This document shows positions 8,745 to 12,279 of a stretch of 12,279 nt of DNA, piece after piece. Position numbers and translations under genes: made by a program. Position 1 is the stretch's first letter; each line of letters starts with the position of its first letter. The stretch covers positions 1-12,279 of the forward strand of contig NW_021826632.1 of assembly GCF_006345805.1 (NCBI RefSeq). Reading direction: 5' to 3'. This DNA comes from Octopus sinensis (taxonomy: Eukaryota). A model generated the notes under the pieces. That model searched no databases and was not told where the DNA came from. It saw nothing but the letters and a program-made list of their open reading frames with translations.

Positions 8745-9042
8745 AACTGTCATCATCCTGGAGCACCACGTTGAGGGGTTTTAATAGAATATGTCGACTT
8801 CAGGACTTATTTTTTAAGCCTAGTACTTATTCTATCAGACCCTTTTACACACACACATAGGTGTATATACATATATATGCGATGAGCTTCTTTCAGCTTC
8901 CGTCTACCAAATACATTCAAAAGGCTTTGGTGGGCGAGAGGCTATAGTAGAAGGCACTTGCTCAAGGTGCTACGCAATGGGACTGAACCCGGACCCATGT
9001 TGTTGGAAAGCAAGCTTCTTACTACACTGTCATACCTGTGCC
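8745..9042 (-). mobile_element. SINE family A copy (head, microsatellite, tail; body segment deleted)
   Basis: Head 8881-9042 aligns to 2471-2631 and shares the B-box GGTTCAGTCCC and GTAGACGGAA.CTGAAAGAAGC. Tail 8745-8846 (GATAGAATAAGTACTAGGCTT..AATAAGTCCTG..GGTGCTCCAG on the minus strand) aligns to 3463-3550. Confidence 0.88.
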
Positions 9043-9093
9043 TATATATACGCACACACACACACACATATATATATGTGTGTGTGTGTGTGT

Positions 9094-9139
<46 letters not shown>

Positions 9140-9269
9140 CGCATATCTATACATATAAATATATATGCATATATGCATTCATATACGAAGACGTACATTC
9201 ATACATATACATATGTTTATACGCACATATTTGTATATATATATATGTATATATATAAATGTATGTATG

Positions 9270-9700
9270 TCATTATTCAGTTTATTCCAAGATTCCTTGC
9301 CAATGGAGAAAGAGCCGGTTTCTAACTTAGGTCCAAGATTCCTTCATTGGAATTCCAACATCAACCACACGGTATTTTTGTATGTATGTGTGTATGTATG
9401 TTTTGTATGCTTTCTTTTATATATGTCTTCTCATGCATATACATACATATCTAAACACGCTCATATATATTTAAATGATTAACTTTTGGAAAGTTTTACA
9501 CATTTTTACAGTTCCAGTGATGGATTGGATCTGTAATCTTCGAATCAGTTTTCTCCTTTCTGGTTTTGAGAAGCCTAATTTCTCAAGGTTGGTACTTAAG
9601 CAGTGTGTTACCTGTCTCAGGGCCTCAATAATTACATGCATAAACCTAACTTGTAATCTGGATAGAGTAACTGCAGATTTCTCATAGTTCAGCGTAGGGA
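9270..9700 (-). mobile_element. 5'-truncated non-LTR retrotransposon (RLE type, R4/Dong-like): ORF C-terminus and 3' UTR
   Basis: With two 1-nt frameshifts it reads YAEL/RNLQLLYPDYK/RFMHVIIEALRQVTHCLSTNLEKLGFSKPERRKLIRRLQIQSITGTVKMCKTFQKLII* (stop 9471-9473). This matches the RLE C-terminal pattern KY.EL..L...P(V/I)IIGALG...L..LG...I..LQ....GT. The putative 3' UTR 9270-9470 ends in AATAAACTGAATAAT and has a 13-bp direct repeat TCCAAGATTCCTT (9286, 9332). Confidence 0.85.
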
Positions 9701-9714
9701 TTCTACGTTGTGTA

Positions 9715-9739
9715 TCTATGTACATATTAGCATACATGT

Positions 9740-9794
<55 letters not shown>

Positions 9795-9860
9795 TATATA
9801 TATATATATATATATTATATAATATATAGATATATATATATATATATAATAATAATATAA
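9715..9860. repeat. (TA)n microsatellite
   Basis: Directly visible. A matching (TA)n tract lies at 10255-10330 on the other side of the palindrome. Confidence 0.95.
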
Positions 9861-10031
9861 TATTAGGGAATAAATCCAAATTTACAGGGAAAAAAATCAG
9901 ATTTAGGATTAAATCCAATTTTATAGTAAAATATTATAAAATATATTATTAGAGACAAAACCACTATTTTGCAAACAAACAAGGAAATACTTAATCAATA
10001 CATAAAATTTTAATAAATAGTCAAAAAACCG

Positions 10032-10078
10032 CCACTACAATCGTTTCGTTCTTGGCTTGATCGACAATCTTCAGGTGG
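10032..10078 (-). ncRNA. Type I hammerhead ribozyme motif (left arm, disrupted)
   Basis: On the minus strand: CCAC-CTGAAGA-TTGTC-GATCAA-GCCAA-[GAAC]-GAAAC-GATT-GTA-GTGG. Stem I is perfect. Stem II has one mismatch, and there is a 4-nt insertion before GAAA. Confidence 0.6.
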
Positions 10079-10124
10079 ACTTCCATAAGTCAGTTTCAAA
10101 TATTGAAACTGACTTATTGGGAAG

Positions 10125-10168
10125 TCCACTGAAGATTGTCGATCAAGACAAGAAACGATTGTAGTGGC
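10125..10168 (+). ncRNA. Type I hammerhead ribozyme motif (right arm)
   Basis: CTGAAGA core 10129-35. Stem II TTGTC-GATCAA-GACAA 10136-51. GAAAC 10152-56, GATT, GT-A 10161-63 (GUA cleavage triplet). GTGG 10164-67 pairs with CCAC, but this arm has one C fewer than the other arm, which weakens stem I. Confidence 0.7.
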
Positions 10169-10251
10169 GTTTTTTTGACTATTTATTAAATTTTATGTAT
10201 GATTAAGTCTTTCCTTGTTTTTTTTGCAAAATCGTGGTTTTGTCTCTAATA

Positions 10252-10322
<71 letters not shown>

Positions 10323-10456
10323 CATATGTATTCACGTAGATGTGTGGTGTGTTTAATGTCTATATAAGTATATAACCAAATACATAATATAATATTATAT
10401 ATATATATATATATTACTCACACACACACACATACAAATCTAGAAATTGGGCGTCA

Positions 10457-10531
10457 CAGCTTTCTCATTATTTCGTCCAAATTTTTCCTCTCTCCTTTCA
10501 TCTTTAACCTGATATTAACAGCACAAGCGTC
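10457..10531 (-). pseudogene. Short additional RLE-domain fragment
   Basis: Reads DACAVNIRLKMKGERKNLDEIMRKL*, parallel to KIKEKLSIYGEIMRNL at 10713-10760. The two share the 14-mer TTTCTCATTATTTC. Confidence 0.45.
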
Positions 10532-10539
10532 AGACCGAC

Positions 10540-12279
10540 GTTCTAAAACGACTTACATATTTTAAACCTCCATTAATGGTCTGTTATTGTAATTTCCTAA
10601 TTAGTCTTCAGGTTTCTGAATTTCTCGACATTTAAACTGTCGCACTTAGTTTCATAACAAAGTACAGCCAATAATCACAGGTTTCAATCCAAAATTATAT
10701 ATTGAGTTTGTGCAAATTTCTCATTATTTCACCATAAATGCTTAATTTTTCTTTTATCTTGAACATTCTGTATAACGCTGGACTAAACTGATTGCTGCAG
10801 CGACTGGTCAGAATTGCGTCTACGTTACATAACGTAATGTCTGGACTGATGTACTAAGAAGAAACGGTATTCTCTCTCACTTGACAGATCAATATAGGAA
10901 GTTACAAACGATAGTAACATCCGATATTTTGATCTTGAAGACTATCCCTTCCAGGAATTACATTGTATATGGTTTGGGGCCACTACATCATGTCTTATAA
11001 ATGGATAATATAAATGGATGATATTTTCAGACAAGTGTTTATAACATGGTTTACCATTCTCGATTTTGATTCTTCCCATTCTGCATCGACAGTCACGTGT
11101 TTTATTGCATCTTTATTCCTTTGATCTTCAGCCAGTCTTCTGTTCACTTCCTGTTCCCGGATTACAAGAACATATCCTCCAAAACAGAGTTCATGTTTGT
11201 GTAATTGGGTTCAGAGCAAACGATATTTGTCAAGTATTTTGATTTACGTACCGAAGTTTTCTAACAACTAAAATATGAATGACTTGTGCTGCTCCACAAT
11301 TGTTTTACGAACGAAGAGATCTGACGACCATATTTTTCCATCCAGTCGCAATATTCCCTGGTTACGCGTTCCTTGTTCAAAATTGTTATCTCAGGATGTG
11401 TTTCTCCATTCTTAGTTACTTGTAGCTTTCCTCGCAGACATCAGAGAAATAGTCAAGTCATTAATAAAGGTGTTAACAAGAGCACCGAGAGAGAAAATAC
11501 ACCACGAGGGGAGTATTCTGCATGTTAGGGTGTTACACATGTTAGGGTGTTACACATGGTAGGGTGTTACACATGGTAGGGTGTTACACATGTGATATGG
11601 AGGAAATTCTGATTAACTCGGTCGTTCCTTACAATGAAAAGACAAAAAAATTTCATTTCGCGGTACTTAACATTTTGAAATAAACAAGGGACAGAACTCC
11701 CATGATATCAAATAATTCAAATTTCAATTGGTTACTATCTCTGGGGTGGACTCCTTTTCTTTGTTTTTTAGGTTTTTTAATCACATCTAGAGTTTTTGTC
11801 TGCTAATTGCAATGATAGTTTCAATTAATCGGATTTGAAAGCAGTGGTGGCGGGGGAGCTTTTCGAACTCACTATATTACGTAAGTGAAACTCTACCCTC
11901 GACAGAGATGTTGCCGGGCTGGTTTGGAGTAATCGTTCGTTTAAACAATCAAATACAACATCTATCTTGATCAAATTCCTTTCCTATTTCTTTGAGAATG
12001 TCGTAACAGGTCGCGGTTCTTCATACCATTTATATGTTTGGCATCAACCCTAAAGTCGACCACGAGGAATTTGTGTCAGGGTGGTCTTTCTGTCTTCCTG
12101 TAAACCAATCACGTACCTTTCAGATCCTACACAAAACAGAACTGTTCATCGCCAGTGTAGCTATCATTGCAGCGAGGACGTGTGAAGTATACTGAAATAT
12201 ACTCACGAAGAAAATGAAGAACGATGGGAGATATTTTGAAAGAGAGCTAACAAAGGCAATGGTAGTCTGCTACAAAGAT
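10540..12279 (-). mobile_element. Ancient, heavily decayed RLE-type non-LTR retrotransposon ORF (RT, thumb, CCHC knuckle, RLE), continuing beyond the window
   Basis: Collinear motifs across frameshifts and stops: SIFQ (12192-12203, GIFQGD region); FLVVD (12055-69, FxDD catalytic region); VTTFS/KEIGKEFDQDRC (about 11958-12007, FSxDIGMxFGxDKC); FGGYVLVIREQEV (11145-83, EGxxxAIQEQ); CRMGRIKIEN/VNHVINTC (11031-85, CCHC knuckle, second Cys lost); RHDVVA (10978-95); SPDI (10836-47, RPD); KIKEKLSIYGEIMRNL (10713-60); PVIIG (10667-81); RLIRKLQ (10587-10607). Confidence 0.82.
11521..11593. repeat. 17-bp minisatellite, 4.3 copies
   Basis: CATGTTAGGGTGTTACA x2 (11521-11554), CATGGTAGGGTGTTACA x2 (11555-11588), then CATGT. 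Confidence 0.97.

Larger units (their letters stand above)
9861..10260. mobile_element. Head-to-head inverted pair of Penelope-like terminal fragments forming a 325-bp palindrome (9936-10260)
   Basis: Arms 9936-10099 and 10103-10260 have about 90% identity and a 3-nt loop (TTTCAA-ATA-TTGAAA). Each arm reads outward from the centre through a hammerhead motif into a T-rich tail. The left copy continues about 75 nt further (9861-9935). Flanked on both sides by (TA)n. Confidence 0.85.

Noticed and set aside
524-9918. Most listed ORFs (VCVCVC, HTHTHT, YIYIYI peptides)
   Set aside because: They are translations of dinucleotide microsatellites, which lack stops in some frames. They have no coding signal.
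10995-11440. Decayed Myb/SANT (Harbinger-type) protein or host exon suggested by YTNMNSVLEDMFL/IREQEVNRR
   Set aside because: Alternative frames give FGGYVLVIREQE, the CCHC knuckle and RHDVVA in the correct LINE order, which is a much better explanation.
11521-11593. CRISPR array or interstitial telomere
   Set aside because: There are no spacers and the context is eukaryotic. TTAGGG occurs only once per 17-bp unit in two units, not as tandem hexamers.
11772-12279. Apparent plus-strand gene start (acceptor 11770-71, donor GTAAGT at 11881, acceptor 12122-23, ATG 12214 open to the window end: MKNDGRYFERELTKAMVVCYKD)
   Set aside because: The region is explained by the antisense RT domain of the decayed LINE. 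The first putative exon has stops in all frames, and such splice-like words are expected on the T-rich antisense strand.

Overview
AT-rich eukaryotic, probably intronic or intergenic DNA dominated by microsatellites and interspersed repeats. The repeat families look cephalopod/Octopus-like to me (inference from recalled repeat sequences, not a database result). No intact protein-coding gene is supported. Nearly all listed ORFs are translated (CA)n/(TA)n/(TG)n tracts. Contents: (i) three partial copies of one tRNA-derived SINE with an internal microsatellite, plus one copy of a second SINE; (ii) a long, heavily decayed RT/zinc-knuckle/restriction-like-endonuclease (RLE) non-LTR retrotransposon on the minus strand (about 10540-12279), a younger 3' fragment of a related element (about 9270-9700) and a possible third short RLE fragment; (iii) four long inverted repeats. 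The most interesting one (9936-10260) carries a type I hammerhead-ribozyme motif in each arm, one per strand, with a self-complementary stem III of the dimer-forming kind known from Penelope-like elements. A second, variant hammerhead-like motif sits at 1470-1505.
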